Positions 1 to 14,550 of a stretch of 64,000 nt of DNA are shown here, one piece after another. The notes below the pieces were generated by a model. It was not told where the DNA came from. It saw nothing but the letters and a program-made list of their open reading frames with translations, and ran no database searches. Within the stretch, counting starts at the first letter, position 1. Each line of letters opens with the position of its first letter. The position numbers and the translations under genes are program-made. This DNA comes from Eledone cirrhosa (lineage: Eukaryota): contig OZ024746.1 of assembly GCA_964016885.1 (NCBI GenBank), forward strand, positions 23,374,001 to 23,438,000, given 5' to 3'.

Positions 1-166
1 TCCTGCTTCTCATCACCAGAAAAACGATAGTAGGAATTGTGACCAGCAGATAGTAACAATAGAGAGACCAGGTGAATCATTTTCTTGAACTGATCTGATG
101 ATCGGCTCCTTTTCTTAGGGGATTGATTCTCTTTCAAGTGAATTCAAAGCTTGAGTTGCAGAATCC
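1..166 (-). other. Candidate exon of an unidentified host gene (continues beyond window start); may contain the start codon
   Basis: Minus strand reads TTTCTTCTCCCTGCCAG|GGATTC, a pyrimidine tract plus CAG acceptor at 167/166. The sequence is non-repetitive. ATG at 80 gives MIHLVSLLLLSAGHNSYYRFSGDEKQ, open to the edge. All three frames from the acceptor hit stops, so the 5' part would be UTR. Confidence 0.45.
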
Positions 167-259
167 CTGGCAGGGAGAAGAAACATGTTTTAAACAAACT
201 TTCCAACAATATACATATATTCTAGCCTAACATATATACATATTCAAGTTATATAATGC

Positions 260-500
260 TTTCTGATTTAGGCACCTGGCCAACAATTTTATGTATGTAT
301 GTGTGTGTGTATGTGTGTGTGTGTGGGGGGGGGGGGGGGGGTTATTGAATTAACCCCAATACATACTTTATATTATAAACCCCATAAGGATGGAAGGCAA
401 AGCTAACCGTGACAAGATTTGAACTCAGAATGTAAAGGGACGTAACTATATGCCACAAAGCATATTGTCCGACACTCTACTGATACTGCCAACATCTCCC
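260..500 (-). mobile_element. tRNA-type SINE (family A, Meta-domain-like), diverged
   Basis: Reverse complement matches the intact copy at 44197-44379 (GAGTTCAAAT B-box, TTTGCCTTCCATCCTT, CCTAAATCAGAAA end). Confidence 0.75.
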
Positions 501-714
501 TTTCAAATTATATAAAACAATTCAGTTAGAATCTCCTATCTGCACTCCCCTTATAGAAGAATGCAGTCTCATAAAACCACCACCTAACTCAACATCCTAC
601 TTCTGAAACAGCCAACTAAACATGAATTTTCACAAAAAGTCTTCACAAAACCAACCAATCGAAATCTTCCTTACATTACCTCCTGTTACAAAAAACATTA
701 TGGGAGAAGATTAT

Positions 715-795
715 CATCCTTACGGGGTCGATAAAATAAAGTACCAGTAATGCACTGGTAATTGCTGGCCTTGTGCCTAAAGTAGAAACAATTAT
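715..795 (+). mobile_element. SINE family A, 3' fragment
   Basis: TCATCCTTACGGGGTCGATAAAATAAAGTACCAGTAATGCACTGG...AGTAGAAACAATTAT, near-identical to 44302-44385. Confidence 0.85.
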
Positions 796-1499
796 CATAT
801 GACAGGTGTGTGAAACATTCAAACTTGAAATAGCTCACTGGTGAAGTAAATAAAAACTTGTAAAGAAAAGTTCTAAAACCAAAACTAATTTAACACTTTA
901 GCATCTAAACTGGCCACATCCGGTCAGAATTCTCTCCTCATTCTGTTCAAACTGGCCACTCATACAGACGTTAAAGTATTGTTCTCAAAATAAATAACAT
1001 AAAATTCTCATAGCTTTGATATGTGAGATAATTATGTGAAATAAAGCCTTATAAAGTAATATAAATACTAAAGGGTTAACACCAACTCAACCAAAATTGG
1101 CTCTGGATCTATGAAACAAAACCACCCATTTTAAATTTAAATCTTCCAGCATAATTTTATATAAGAACCACATCTTAAGTTAAATCCATCAAAATTCATC
1201 AATTTATTGAAATGGACAGTATTTTATTAAAAATACTGTCATGAAAAGGCTAAAATAAGTTACAGATTAATTATTTTACTCAGCACAAGCATGATTTCCG
1301 AGGCGTTTTGCAATTTTCCCCTGATACTATAAGTTTTCCCCCCTTTGCTCTATGTAGTCATGTGAGAGAGAGCAGCTACATGCCTTCAAATCACATTACC
1401 ATCCTAAAAAGGGGCAGAAATATTTGATGTAATCCCTGATAAACAAGACAAAATGGCAACAGCCTGACCACCTTAACTCAAAGCTGACAGTATAAGCAT

Positions 1500-1728
1500 A
1501 TGATATATCATCATCACTATTTAACACCTATTTTCCATACTTGCATGGGTTAGACGGGTCATTACGTTATCAGACTTGTCAAGTTAGGTGACCATTTTCT
1601 GTTTTGGACTTGGTTTCTACAACTGGATACCTTTTCTAACACCAACCATATTTACAGCATGGACATGGCGAATTGTGTGCTTTTGTTATTGTGACACCAA
1701 CACTCTCACTATACAGGATGGATGGATG

Positions 1729-1788
<60 letters not shown>

Positions 1789-2095
1789 TACTCTGAAAGG
1801 ATGAAAAGTAAAGTTGACCTCAGTGGGATTTGAGTTTTGAGTTTTGAGTGAGAACATCATCATCATCGTTTAACGTCCATCTTCCACGCTTGCATGGGTT
1901 TGGACGGGAATTTTCCCACTTGAGGCAAGATTGGTTGTCTTGCTCATATAGGACTGTCTGGCGGGTTTTCTACGGCTGGATGCCCTTCCTAACACCAACC
2001 ACGTTTACAGTGTGGACTGGGAGGTTTTTACCATGTTACCTACATGGCCACATTACAGCGTGGACTGTGTGTTTTTTTGTCGTGACACCTTCATG
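1500..2095 (-). mobile_element. Two copies of SINE family B (RTE-like CCCATGCAAGCATGGAA...(GAT)n tail) separated by (TA)n
   Basis: GGCTGGATGCCCTTCCTAACACC core and CATCATCAT...TTCCATACTTGCATGGG end, which recur many times in the window. Confidence 0.75.
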
Positions 2096-3090
2096 ACCTC
2101 ATTTGTTTCGGACTGGAAGTTCTAGCAACTGCCATTTTGCTACCTAAATATTGAAAATTTCACTAGAATTACAGTGATATCACAGAAATGTATCTCAGAC
2201 AGTGAATTGTTATCTTTGTCATCATCATTTTCACGACAATCTTTTCTTGAAGCTATCAACTTAACATCAACTTAAGAAAATTAGTTATATAACAAAATCC
2301 CTCAAAATTCTTTATTTTTCAAATTAACTGGAAATCATTGTCTTTCATTAGAAAATCATTAGATCAGTATATATCAATATATAGAAATAATTCCAATATG
2401 TTATTTCTAAATTAATGGCTGGAACAGGTAAAAGTATATATATATATATATATATATATATTAGTTCTCACCTTTCAGAAACAGGAAAAGAAATTACAAA
2501 GAAATGCAAGGATTTAATTTTTCTAAGTTCTCATTTGTAGACTTCCTAAAAATATTTAATGACAACATTTGATATAATTACGTTTAGAGATGTTACTAAT
2601 TCCTCATAAACTACTTTTTTTTTATTTTCTAACCCCTCCTGCTACGACAAAGAACATAAGTCGAATGTTGAGATTTTTTTTTTTCTCCAAGCAATAATTA
2701 TATAGTATTACAGCTACTTATTTAACTGAAATGTAATAATAATGAGCACATATGTTAATGCAAAAGAAACTACAACACTGGTCTACTTGGGAACAATAGA
2801 AAATATTTCACTGTACATGACTATTGCTGATACAGAGATATGACAGAACAACAGTTTGGCAGTGATATTACAACATGAAAAAAAAGTTCTACTTAGCGCC
2901 AAGATTAAAATAAACTTGTACAAAATCAAAATGAAACCTTTAAAAGTAGGTCAAATTCACAATGTTTGAATATAGTTTTAAATAAATAAGGACCTTTAAA
3001 ACATGTGCGCACATGCTACAGCATCTCTAGAGTAAAAATACATGCAGTAAAATCTAAAAGGTTATATATATATACATACATATATATATT

Positions 3091-3122
<32 letters not shown>

Positions 3123-5324
3123 AAATAAAAATTTATATTGCACCAACTGGGAATTTACAATAAATCATTGTAAATATTTGCAAGTTTACCTTCAGGCTCA
3201 GCAAGACTGGCAAAGTGTTTGGCCCAAGAAGAGGGATATTCCATATGCTATCTAGAAATATATATACATATAGACATACACACACACATCCATTCTTAGA
3301 GACTCGAGACCTACACATACTTTATATTTCTCTACACATAAAACAATGAAATTTAACTTACATTTTTAAAACAACCCAACTGACCCCCACCCCTGGTTTT
3401 ATGATCAAGAACCATATATTTAAAGTGTACATATTTAACCCTTTCATTAACATATTTCTAATAAAAACTAATTTTCAATTAATTTTAAAAATAAGAATTT
3501 GGAGAGACTTAGTAATATAATCTTAAGATGGTGTTTGGAACACAAACGTTCTTGCATAATATCATGACAGAACAATTTAAAATAAATAGGGGCAATTTCA
3601 GAAGGTTTGGTGTCCAAATGTTTAATTAATATAGAAAATTATAAAATATTTTATGTAAGAAACTATGTTTAAATGTTTAAAACACCAGCTTAAAAAATTT
3701 ATCTAAATTAATTGAAAAATCATAATCTGTATATTTCATTAGATATGTGGACATGAAATGGTTAAACATCTAAATTACTTTGATTATTCAGAACTGGATG
3801 AAAAATGGAATAATAGATTATTCATAATGTTAACTGATACACACAGAGAATCTGTGTATTCATAAGTGAACCACCATGGGCTTTAAACTACATAACATGA
3901 TATATGTACAGGCACACATAAATATGCTATAGTTAGATAAATATTTAAAATACACAATTTCTGAATATCTTATAAAATTCTAAAACTTCATTAATCAACT
4001 AAAGTCTATAAAAAGTATATACCGTCTGTACATACTTGTTTGTGTATATGTGGCATCTTTTTCCATGAAAACATGAAAAACCAGCATGTGTTGGATCTAT
4101 AAAATCTCAATATTTATTTAAAATGAAGGTGTGACATATATACAAGTATATGATGATGATGATGACTGTATCTCAATTTCGAGTGTACAAGTTGCACATT
4201 TTTTTCCAATAAGACATGTAAAATCAAGAACACTGTAAATGTTAAATATAAAATAGAGGCATGACCTATACACAAGTATAAACAGGGGGGGGGGGGGGGG
4301 TGGATATATATCATCATGCCTTCCCTTGTAACAAGTGTTGGAGAGGTCGTCAAAGATGAAGTACTTAATCAGAGCTAGACTTTTCAGATAGGAAAGGGTC
4401 TACATGACACTAACAAACGTTCACATATTTTACAGAACCATTCCCCTCCTTAAATATTTATAGGTCAACACTGAAAAAAAAAAAAATGACCTGTGAACTA
4501 TTGTTTATGAGAAAGAAACTAAAATTTTAAAAAATGTAAATTGGAGATAACTTACATTTTTGATAGTAAGCCATTACTGGTTTTATGATACAAAACTGTT
4601 TTAACCCTTTTGATACGAAAACTGGCTCTAGCTCTATTAAACAAAACCACCCATTTTAAAGAGTTCCTATTTGAATTAAAATCTTCCAATATGATTTTAA
4701 ATAAAATCTCTATAAGTTATTATCCTTAGTAATGAAATAATAAATTTAGTAAAACCCTCAAAATCCTTTATTAATTGATATGGAGAGTCAAGGTAGCACA
4801 ATATTATTGATTTTTCAAAATTCTGTGAAAATCATAAGCAGTGTATTCCAATAGAAATATGGTAACATGTTTCTTGGGTCTTTTAATTACAAGGATCCTA
4901 ACCCAACCAATGTTTAAGATGTCAAGACTAGAAGATGTATAGGTATTACAGGAATAGAAATAGACTTTATCCTTTTTGATACCAACTCACTTGAAACTAT
5001 CCCAGCTTCTATGCAGAAAAGCCATTTGCTTTAAAGCATTCAAGTTTAAATTTGAACCTTCAATTATGATTTTTTATAAAAACGTTTTAAGTTACGTTCT
5101 AAACAGCAACTTAATAAATCCCTTAAACCTCTGATTATTAAAAAATAATTAATTGAAAATTATAGGCATATCATGTCATTAGAAATATGGTAACAAAAGG
5201 GTTAACAGGTGAACTTTCTAAGGTTATCAAGCCAGAATGTGAAGCAGTTATTCTTTCTACAGATACACCAGGAAGAGGGAGGGGAAAATTAAACCCCTTC
5301 ATTATACCTCTTAAGTTCTACATT

Positions 5325-5550
5325 ATGGTCATATGAGGCACATGGATGATGATTGCTGGGTGAAGTGCCAAGTAATCCCAGTAGAAGGAAACCACAGTAG
5401 AGGAAGACCAAGCTGGAAGTGGTGAGAGTTGATCACAGATTGCTGAAGCTCATGGAGATGACAAAGGAAGGCAACAATTGGAAAGGAGATGCTGTACTGA
5501 GAAGGACCCGTCCAACCCATGCAAGCATGGAAAAATGATGATGATGATTA
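5325..5550 (+). mobile_element. RTE-type LINE 3' end remnant
   Basis: Degenerate GH.RHMDDDCWVK...VEG..SRGRP reading followed by CCAACCCATGCAAGCATGGAAAA(TGA)n tail. Confidence 0.7.
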
Positions 5551-6109
5551 GTTGACTCATTGAAACATCTTTGTTAGAGATAAGACATCAAGTGATAACT
5601 TACTGACCAAAAGGTCAACAGTTTAATTCTTTATCAACCTTGCCAGCTATATTTAACACTCTACATTTTTAATTTTCAGTTAATTTTACTGATACTAAGT
5701 GCTGATTGTAGGCCTACCTACCTACCTGTCCATGTTGGCCAATTGCAAATTAAATGGAGTTATTTGACTCATAACTGGGGCAAAGATAGAAGGTATATAC
5801 TTGCCTAATGACATATCTACACATATCACTAGACTACAGGGAGGAAGAGGTAGGGAGCTAGTATCTAGATAATGAAATCAATATGGCAAGGACACCATTT
5901 CATCCAAACTTTTCACATATCTGGAAAACATCTTCAGAATGCTAAAAATGCAATTTACAGCCCATACCTATGTAGGTTACATCTCATAGGAGACTCCTTG
6001 GGTGTTTTAATAAGGGATCTAGTCATATCATGAACAGCCACATGAAATGAAGCACCTATGATCATGAGTCTAACATCCTAACGACTAGGTAACATGCCTT
6101 CAGTACTAG

Positions 6110-6520
6110 ATGAGAGAAGCAAGAAATATCAATGAAAACAGCTTACATCACATCATCTCAGATTTGCTGATGACATATTGATAACAGACAATCTAGAAGA
6201 GATAGGGAATGTGCTGAGAGAATTATGTGCCACAAGCAAGACCTATCAATAGAAAATGAAGAGCAAAACCAAAATCACCACATGAAAGTGACACCAAAAG
6301 TGGTTACGGTAGAAAAGAACTAGAATGAGTTGAAAACTACCCATATAACTGGGACAAAGAAAAGGACCAAGAGAAATCAAACTGCTCTGTTGACCTCAAA
6401 AAGATTCTAAACCATTGCATAATACTAACAGCAATTTATGGATAAAAAATGTGGAATCTAACAGCAGAGATAGAGAAGTAACTGGAAGTGACCAATGAAC
6501 AAACATGGATGCAAAAACTA
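6110..6520 (+). mobile_element. RTE-type LINE reverse transcriptase remnant
   Basis: Translates HHLRFADDILITDNLEEIGNVLREL (RT FADD motif); stops and frameshifts downstream. Confidence 0.7.
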
Positions 6521-6889
6521 TGGTTATGACGAATTTGGTAGCTCGTAGTCAGTTTTGAATCTTGCTGGGGTTGTTTTACTGTATTTTTAAGGATATATGA
6601 AAAGCTGACACACTAAGCAGCATCTCAAGTACTCAGTTTATTTTCATTTATAAAGGGTTTATCATAGCACTACTAGCCAGTAAGACTAGTGATGATCAAA
6701 GCTATACATAATCACCGTAGAGAATTATATCCAAAGTAAGATACAGTTATGATAATGAAATTAAACGGATTCTGTTTATAAACAAAATATGTAATTTTAA
6801 TTTGCTATTGTAAAAGAAAGCAAATGATTTCCTTTCATATAATGAGTATAATAAAGAAATATACAGCAATGAGAAATGAATAGCACATG

Positions 6890-7130
6890 CTCTGTTGAAT
6901 GTGTAATGCTCATCAAAGATAAAGAACAGTTAAGCTAAGAAAAAAACTGGATATGAAAGGAATCAGATGTAGTATGCAGGAGAGAAAATTGTGCCGACAG
7001 AAATGCAATGTATATAGATGATGACGACTGGGTGAAGAAGTGCCAAGAGTTCAAATAGAAAGGCAGCAATGGAAGAGGATGACCAAGAAAGATGTGAGTA
7101 CGTGTGGTGAAAGCTTATCTCAAGAAATAT
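6890..7130 (+). mobile_element. RTE-type LINE C-terminal remnant
   Basis: LRKKLDMKGIRCSMQERKL...DDDDWVKKC...GRG*PRK, related to 5325-5550. Confidence 0.65.
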
Positions 7131-8693
7131 TTCTCAAAGATGGCATTTTATAAAATAGCTGAAATATGTATTATGGATGCAAACAAAACTATTTAGTTAC
7201 TAAACCATATGAAACAATCTCTGGTTCTATGACATAAAACTATGTTTTAAAGTATTTATATTTGTCTAAAAACATTCCATTGACATTTTTTATATTCCAA
7301 ATAGCAGCTTAATAATGAAGCTATATTATCAAACCCTTCTAAATTCTTGATTAATTTCAAAGAGTGTTTATTATAATTATGGTAACAAAAAAGGTTAATG
7401 TCTAAACTAAAAGTTTGATAAATTTCAGTTTCCCTCAAGTACTAAATACATTAATGTCTAAGTCATATCATTTTACATACATTTATAATCTATCGTAAAT
7501 TTTGAACTGAAGTCTTGTTGGTTTAGTACACAAGTTACATGCTGGTTTACACATTTTCTTAGGAAACAGAGTATATATGACACATACAATTTAAAAATTG
7601 AAGTCTACTACTGCAAGCTTTTGCTATGATCTGTTTGCTAATAAAGATACTATAAACAAACTAACAATTTGAATTAACAAACGTGCTTTCAGATATTTTC
7701 TGCTAAATCATTATAGAATGTTAAGAGTTAATACAGTATGTCACCTGTTTTTAGAATAGGTATACCACACACTTGAGTGCTGTAAAAAGTAACTAAAAGG
7801 GTCAGTATCAGGAAAAGCATCCAACTGTAAAACACTGCCTCAAAACAATCTAACCAAGACCAGCATGGATAAATGCACCTAAAAATAATGACATTTAAAT
7901 TTTAATCTACAATTTAAACAACTATTTATAATGACAATAATCAGCTAAATAGTGAAGATCCTCATCTAATTCTTATTTACTTATAAATTATTAAATAATA
8001 TTAACCAAGTAATTATGATGATCAACTTTCAAGTTAGTAGTATTATCTCAATATTTAATGAATCATAACCAGTTTCGTCTCACAGAGAATCTGTTTACAT
8101 AAACAGACTAAGTTATAATGACCACAGTGAAAATGAAAGGAAATGGAAAGAAAAATGAAATTTCCAGTTCACAGGGTATAGGTTTAACTGGTCTTCTATG
8201 AAATATATCTTAAAAATGGTTTCTTCAGTGTTTCAATGATAGACGCCCCAGTCCCCATCAACCTAAGATCACACGTGCAACACCCTAACCAACTAAGCCA
8301 TGTCCTCTGTGTATTTGATCAGAAGAAAGTAATTCTCTTGTTTTTTGTTTAATATGTTAAAACATCAAGATAATCCTAGTAAAAGTGTAAAATGGACCCA
8401 TATGCAACATGCTTATTATACATAATAGTGTTGCTGTAAGCTGTGATTGTATCCTCTACTTCAGCATCTGTGTAAGAGCACTAGTGTGTGAGAATTTCAG
8501 TATTTCTTAATCCATCAACACACTAAGGGATGTTGAGGCAAAAGAAACAAATTTTAATAGATTTTGTAAACAAACTATTTTTGTTGGTAGCTTATTTACA
8601 TCTAGTGCAGCATTAATTAGCAATAACACTAAAATGATGATGATGAATAACAGTATCATTCACAACAAAGGCTTATATGAATCCATATATATA

Positions 8694-9977
8694 CAGGGTG
8701 AGGACGATATTTGTTCGCAATTTTCAACTGCTAATTTTATGCAAAATTTTTTTTTACTTCCGTTGTCACTCTTGTCTTCATAAAAACCGACTATATTTCC
8801 ATTATTTATTTTCAGAATAATTGATTATGAATAATTTTGAACCTCCAAATTTGTGGAAGAGACACAGAGTTCTTCTTGGAATCCATGCCGGGAGGACAAA
8901 TAAGGAAATTTCAGACTTTCTCAGAGTCAGCAGGAGAATGGTGGAAAAGGTCAGAAAGGAATTGGAAGATTCAGGATTCGACTATGAAGCAACATCAGAG
9001 AGGAAAACACATGATCGACGATCTGACGCCTTCAGAACGCCCGAGTTCGTCGCTGAAGTTCAGGATATCATCAACAATGAACCTAGCAAGTCGATGCGTG
9101 CCATTGCAAGGGAGAAAGGCGAGGATGAAAAGCTCATTAGGATGGTGGTACATGAAGACATTTGCTACGTTTCATACAAGATGAGGAAAGAACAATTTCT
9201 GTCAAAGGCGATGCAAGAAAAGCGACTGAAGCACGCAAAGAAGCTGATCAACAAGTTGAAACACCTACTGGAGCCAGACATGCTGTGGTTTTTCTCCGAC
9301 AAGAAAAACTTCTGCCAAGACCAGAAGATCAACTCCCAGAGCAACAGGTGGCTCGCTGTCTCATCCAAAGACGTGCCCAGAGTCATGCAGACAAAGTTTC
9401 CAGCGACAACATTGGTCTTAGGTGTCGTCAGCAGTCAAGGTAACGTCATTCCACCTCACTTCTCTGAGAGCCTCAAGCTGAACACCGATGGCTACATACG
9501 CGTTCTGGATCGACCAGGTAGCTGCAGGTAGGCCATATGTGTGGCAGCAAGACTCAGCGCCCTGCCATACCAGCCGAAAGACCCAAGCCTGGCTGTCAGA
9601 GAACTTCGTCGACCACACTTCACTTGACATCTGGCCTCCCAGCTCGCCTGACTGCAACCCCCTCGACTTCTTTGTGTGGGGCGCAGTGGAACGAGACACC
9701 AACAGATCTAGCTGCAATACGAAAGACGATCTGAAGGCCAGGATCACAAGTGCCTTTAGGGGCCTAAGTCGGGGGACAGTGACGAAGGCCTGTAGCCGGT
9801 TCCGAGGCCACCTTGAGGCCGTCATCAAAGCCAATGGCGGGTTTATCGAGTGAGATCGAAAGAACAAGTCATGAAGACAAACTGACCCCAGTTTGATAAA
9901 TAAATCTTAAAAAATAAAACTACTGTGCTAGTTTTTCCTAGACAGTAATCTTGCAAACAAATATCGTTTGCACCCTG
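8694..9977 (+). mobile_element. Full-length Tc1/mariner DNA transposon, DD37D (maT) family, 1284 bp
   Basis: Left TIR CAGGGTGAGGACGATATTTGTTCGCAA; right TIR (reverse complement) CAGGGTGCAAACGATATTTGTTTGCAA; TA at 8692-8693 and 9978-9979; transposase inside. Confidence 0.95.
8827..9853 (+). pseudogene. Frameshifted DD37D transposase
   Basis: HTH-like N-terminus and WFFSDKKNF (first D) in ORF 8821-9531; VWQQDSAPCH and WPPSSPDCNPLD in ORF 9488-9853; 37 residues counted between the second and third D; frame break near 9505-9510. Confidence 0.92.
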
Positions 9978-12900
9978 TATGTTTATAAACATACATATAG
10001 TCTCAGAGTATTTTAAGCTGTTATCACAGCTACCTCATCACTGCACATATGTATTTCAGGATTTTTATCCATCGTATATGCTTTTATTCTGAATCACTGT
10101 ATTAGTGATGATATTAAGATTGAGAAAATTCTAAGACAATAGTTTCTAAAGTTCTATTTTAATATGCTTATATTATCTAAAAACTCTCCATCATAATTTT
10201 ATGTAAGAAACTAAGTTATGCTCAAAACACACTAGCTTAATAAGGTGTATGTTGTTAAATCCTTGCAAATTATTTTTCAAGTTATTTAACATTATAGGCA
10301 ATGTCTTTCGATAGAAATATAATAATGAAAAGGTTAAATGAAACAATATTTGTTATACAGAATTTGTTCAGATAACAAAAAACGTCAAATTTTTATTCAA
10401 TTCTATCAAAGGAACCTCAGAATTCTTTTGCAGAATCTGCTTAGAAACAGGCTTAAGAAACAGTGAAATCTACTTAACAATAAAGTACTTCAACATTTTT
10501 GTTACCATATTTCTAACAAACTGAGTAAAATAACTTTTTCATTAAGTTGATGTTTAAAACAAAATTTTTTTTACATAAAAATTATGATGAAAGGTTTTGA
10601 TTTAAATATAAACCCTTAAAAAAAGTTTTATATTACAGAACCAGGGGCGGTTTCAAGAAGGTTGATATCAAAATGTTTATGTGATAAATTTTAAGTACTA
10701 TCTTAAGTTCCAATATAAACTTATATGGGTTGATTGGTTGTTCGTACAGGACACACAATTCTTTTGTCTATGTTACTTATGGTGTGTATCCTGTATATAA
10801 CTATAGTAGCTCAATTAAGAACTTGAAAGAAATTAAAACACCCATCCTTTCACAATGTTCCCCTTGCCACATATTCTGTTTGAAATATTTATATAAACAA
10901 TATGCTTGAAGGAAATAACTCAGGGGAGTGTTCTACATACTAAATACATAAAACATTGATCTTTCAACTAGTTTGGTCATCTCTGCTTCATAAACTCACA
11001 CCATGAAATTCTCATGAAATTCCAGATTTTCTAAGCAAAATGAATTAAAACATTTTTCATAGATTCCAAGAATGAAAATCCTAGCAGTTTTATTCAGAAA
11101 ACAATTTATTGGTGGCATTCAAACATGTTTCTATTATGAGGTTCTTATACATTCTTTAGAGACAATACTTTATAAGATATAATACCTATAGATCAATTTA
11201 GAAAGACCTAAGTATATACATACTCCACCTTACATTCGCATTTTTAGGATACAATTAAATTCCTTCAACTGGTCCATTAGTAAGCCAACAACTCTTAGTC
11301 AAAGAAAGCAAATTAGCTTTGAGAAGATCTAACATTGCTAAGATATTTATTTCAACTAAATGCTAAAGTAGATGACAATTGCACAGATCAAACTGACATT
11401 AACCGTATTTATAATCATGACTATCATCTCAGTTGTACACACATCTTCAATATAAACTAAACCAAATTCAAATCAAGAAACAATTACATGCATTTTTAAC
11501 CCGTTATATGCTGTAATTGTACGCAACACTTAAAAGCTACCATCATTAATTTACGTTCGGATTTTTTCTTCAAAGTTGGCATGAGTTGGACAAAATCTTT
11601 TTGAGGCAGAACTCTATGGCTGGATGCCCTTTCTGATGCCAAACATCACTTTTTTTATTTTAAGTAAGGTACAAATCTTCACATGTCTAGCTTCTAAGTA
11701 GGATCTCAAGCAGTACACGAACATCATTGCCTAGATTGTAGAATGCAAAGGAAAGAGAAGAAACACACAGACAGATTCTATGCAATTTCTGTCTTCTAAA
11801 TTCACTCAATGGCTGGAGATAGTATATGAGTTGACTAAGGTGCCACAAATCTATTTTAAAGTTATAGTATACTGTAAATGAAATGTGGAGAGTTGAGCAT
11901 AAATTTATAGAAACACGAAACCTCATTTACACAAAAAAAGGAAAATAAGAAATTCTAATAGGAAAGACATGTAATGCATGTGAAGTAATTTAAGTTAAGA
12001 ATGAAAACTAGCTTAAAAGTCTTACAATCATGGTCTGGTAGGACAAGCAGTTGTCCTTGCACCAGTATTATCAGAACAAATACTCCAGGCATCCAACACA
12101 AACAACAATTCTACTAATCCATCATCCTGGACAGATATTTTGATCATCAATCTAAGAAAGATGAAAGGCTAAGTTGATCTCAGCAAGACTTGAACTAAGA
12201 ACATAAAGAAATGGAAGAAGTAATGCAAGGGCATTTTGTCTGATGCTCTAACATTTCTACCAATCCTTCACAATAGTTAATGTATTGACTATGTATAAAA
12301 AAAGATATTTGGATTGTCTTATAATTTGAATTTCAAGTGTAACTGGCAAGTGTAGTCTTGAAAATGGCAAGTAGTCAGATTTCTCAAAGAAAAGGTGGAA
12401 AATGCAATCATACATAATCAACATAAGGATTTTTTCTATCAATGTTATTTAGTATAATGTGGAAATAAAAAAAAACCTAATGTTGTTGGTGTTAAGGAAG
12501 AAACCAAGCCGAAAACAGACCATATAGGCAAGACATGGTTGTCAGACTAATGTAGCCACAGTATGTGGCAGCCCATCTAACCCATGCAAACATGGAAAAC
12601 AGACAGACACTGATGATGATGAGGGTTTGAATTGGCAAAAATGATGAATACAGGGGGGGAGTTTGTAGGTGTCAAAAACTATTTACCACTAGCCATGAGA
12701 AATACTAATGTTTTAGTTTAGGATTCTCTGAAAGGTTATAATGACCTTTAGAAGGGACTATAGCCTGAAATATCAACTTTTTCCACTCCTCACAGCAACA
12801 GAAGCTTTTAACTCCTACTTAACACTTTTATTACATTTCTAATAAAATGTAATAAATGTAAATGTGTTTCAATTTTGAAAATATTCAAAAAATTTGGAAA

Positions 12901-13719
12901 AATTTAGTAAAATAACTTTTATTAAGATGATATTTGGAACATCATTTAACAAAATATTCTTAAAATTATGTTGGAAGGTTTAAATATAAATATGAACACT
13001 TTAGAATGGATAGTTTTGTATCGCAGAACCAGGGGTGGTTTCAGGCAGTCTGGTATCAAAAGCGTCAAGTTTTTCATCTTATTGATTCCAGGATAAAAGT
13101 CTCTCAAGATTATTCAAATTTCAGCAGTTGTAAACAAAGATTAATGTGAAGAATACTATAAAAGCTATTAGTACAGCATTAAAGCAGTTAACTCCTTTCA
13201 TACCAACCTGACTCTGGTTCTATGAAAAAGTCACCCATATTAATGGGGTCCTATGTAATTTTATATAAGAACCATATACTAAATAATGAAATCATTAATA
13301 CATCCCTCAAAATTCTTTGTTAATTAGAAATATGGTAACAAAAAGGTAAATGTTGAGACTTCCACCTGAATGAAAACCCTTCAAAAAGTAGTACAAGACG
13401 TTCCTAAGAGATAGATGTAAAGCAACATGAAAGGTAAAAATAGATAAATCTCACTTCAAAGTCAATATTAGGAAATATTACAAGCTTGTGATGATCATCT
13501 ACTCTAAATATTCTCACAAATATACAAAGATTTCAAAACCTGTGAAACTAAGCTAAGATAGTACAATATAAAAAATATCAATAAACTTTACAAATGTTAA
13601 GAGAATATATAGTGCTTTGCATATAACATTACTGAATGCTGTTGTAACCCTGAAACAACTGGCTTTCTTCACTTTACATTGGAAATGTATAAATATTTTA
13701 AAATTCTAGTAATGAATGT

Positions 13720-14005
13720 TCCAACTGATTCAAAGAGAACAGCTTGCCTATGAAATTAATGTTCAAGTGGCTAAGCATTCCACAGACATGTACATGCTTG
13801 ATGTAGTTCTCAGGAAGATTCAACATGACAAGGCTGCCCTTTGAATTACAGGCACAATTAACTCATTTTTAGCAGCTGAGTGGACTGAAGCAACATAAAA
13901 TTGAGTCTTGTTCAAGGACAATGCACTGCTTGCTTCAAGAAACAAACTTACAACCTTATGATCCTGAATCCAGCTCCCTAACCACTAAGCCATGCACCTT
14001 CACCT
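13720..14005 (-). mobile_element. tRNA-type SINE family C
   Basis: Reverse complement has GGCTTAGTGGTTAGG A-box and TGTCCTTGAACAAGAC...CAGTCCACTCAGCTG; related copies at ~17130, 19530(+), 29295(+), 43640, 54910, 55490, 56290. Confidence 0.7.
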
Positions 14006-14039
14006 AATATATATATATATATACATACAGTAAAATTGT

Positions 14040-14550
14040 TAATGGTTTGCTCAGGACAGTTGCATAATCGTTAGTGGTTAAGTGTTAAGCATACCAGACT
14101 AGCTGCTGGATTTAACAAAGGCCTCCAAGACCAGTGAGAATGTGGTTGAAGAGCTTCAGGAAAAAAACATAGGGTGGGGGGGAAATTCCAGAGGGTTAAC
14201 ATTCTGCGAAGAAAGGACTAGGCAAAATGACTAGTGTGGGGCCTAAGATAGATAATGTAAGTGATAGGAAGGGGTGAGATAAATGAATTAAGCAGACCTG
14301 GGTAGTGCCCATATCCAAAGAGCAAATGCCATTGTAGTGGTAGAAATGTCAGAATGAGAAGATAAGGTGTATGTGGGCCAAAGGTTGGAATGTGTTGGTG
14401 AGCAACCCAATGTTTAAAGTGGCATATATTTAGATGTAGTCTAGGCTATTCAGTTTTGTTTTTTTTATTGGTTTGGTGTGGAGTGTGGTGGTGCTGTCAT
14501 GGCTCTCCAAATCAGGTGAGATTAATCCTGTCAATGTCTCTCTTAACCCT
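14040..14550 (-). mobile_element. Old CR1/Jockey-type LINE 3' remnant
   Basis: Minus strand TSHFA*SFLRRMLTLWN resembles the SF..RT...WNSLP C-terminal LINE motif. Confidence 0.45.

Noticed and set aside
115-117. A-to-I recoding of the uORF TAA to extend the frame
   Set aside because: It would need double editing, the extension stops again after ~33 codons, and nothing in the sequence supports it
9162-9867. Alternative-frame and antisense ORFs in the transposon
   Set aside because: Shadows of the GC-rich transposase frame
9995-10050. Hammerhead-like arrangement on the minus strand (GTGATGA..AGCTGT/ACAGCT..AAAA); similar weak case at ~15910-15980
   Set aside because: Core residues are mutated and stems I/III are unconvincing
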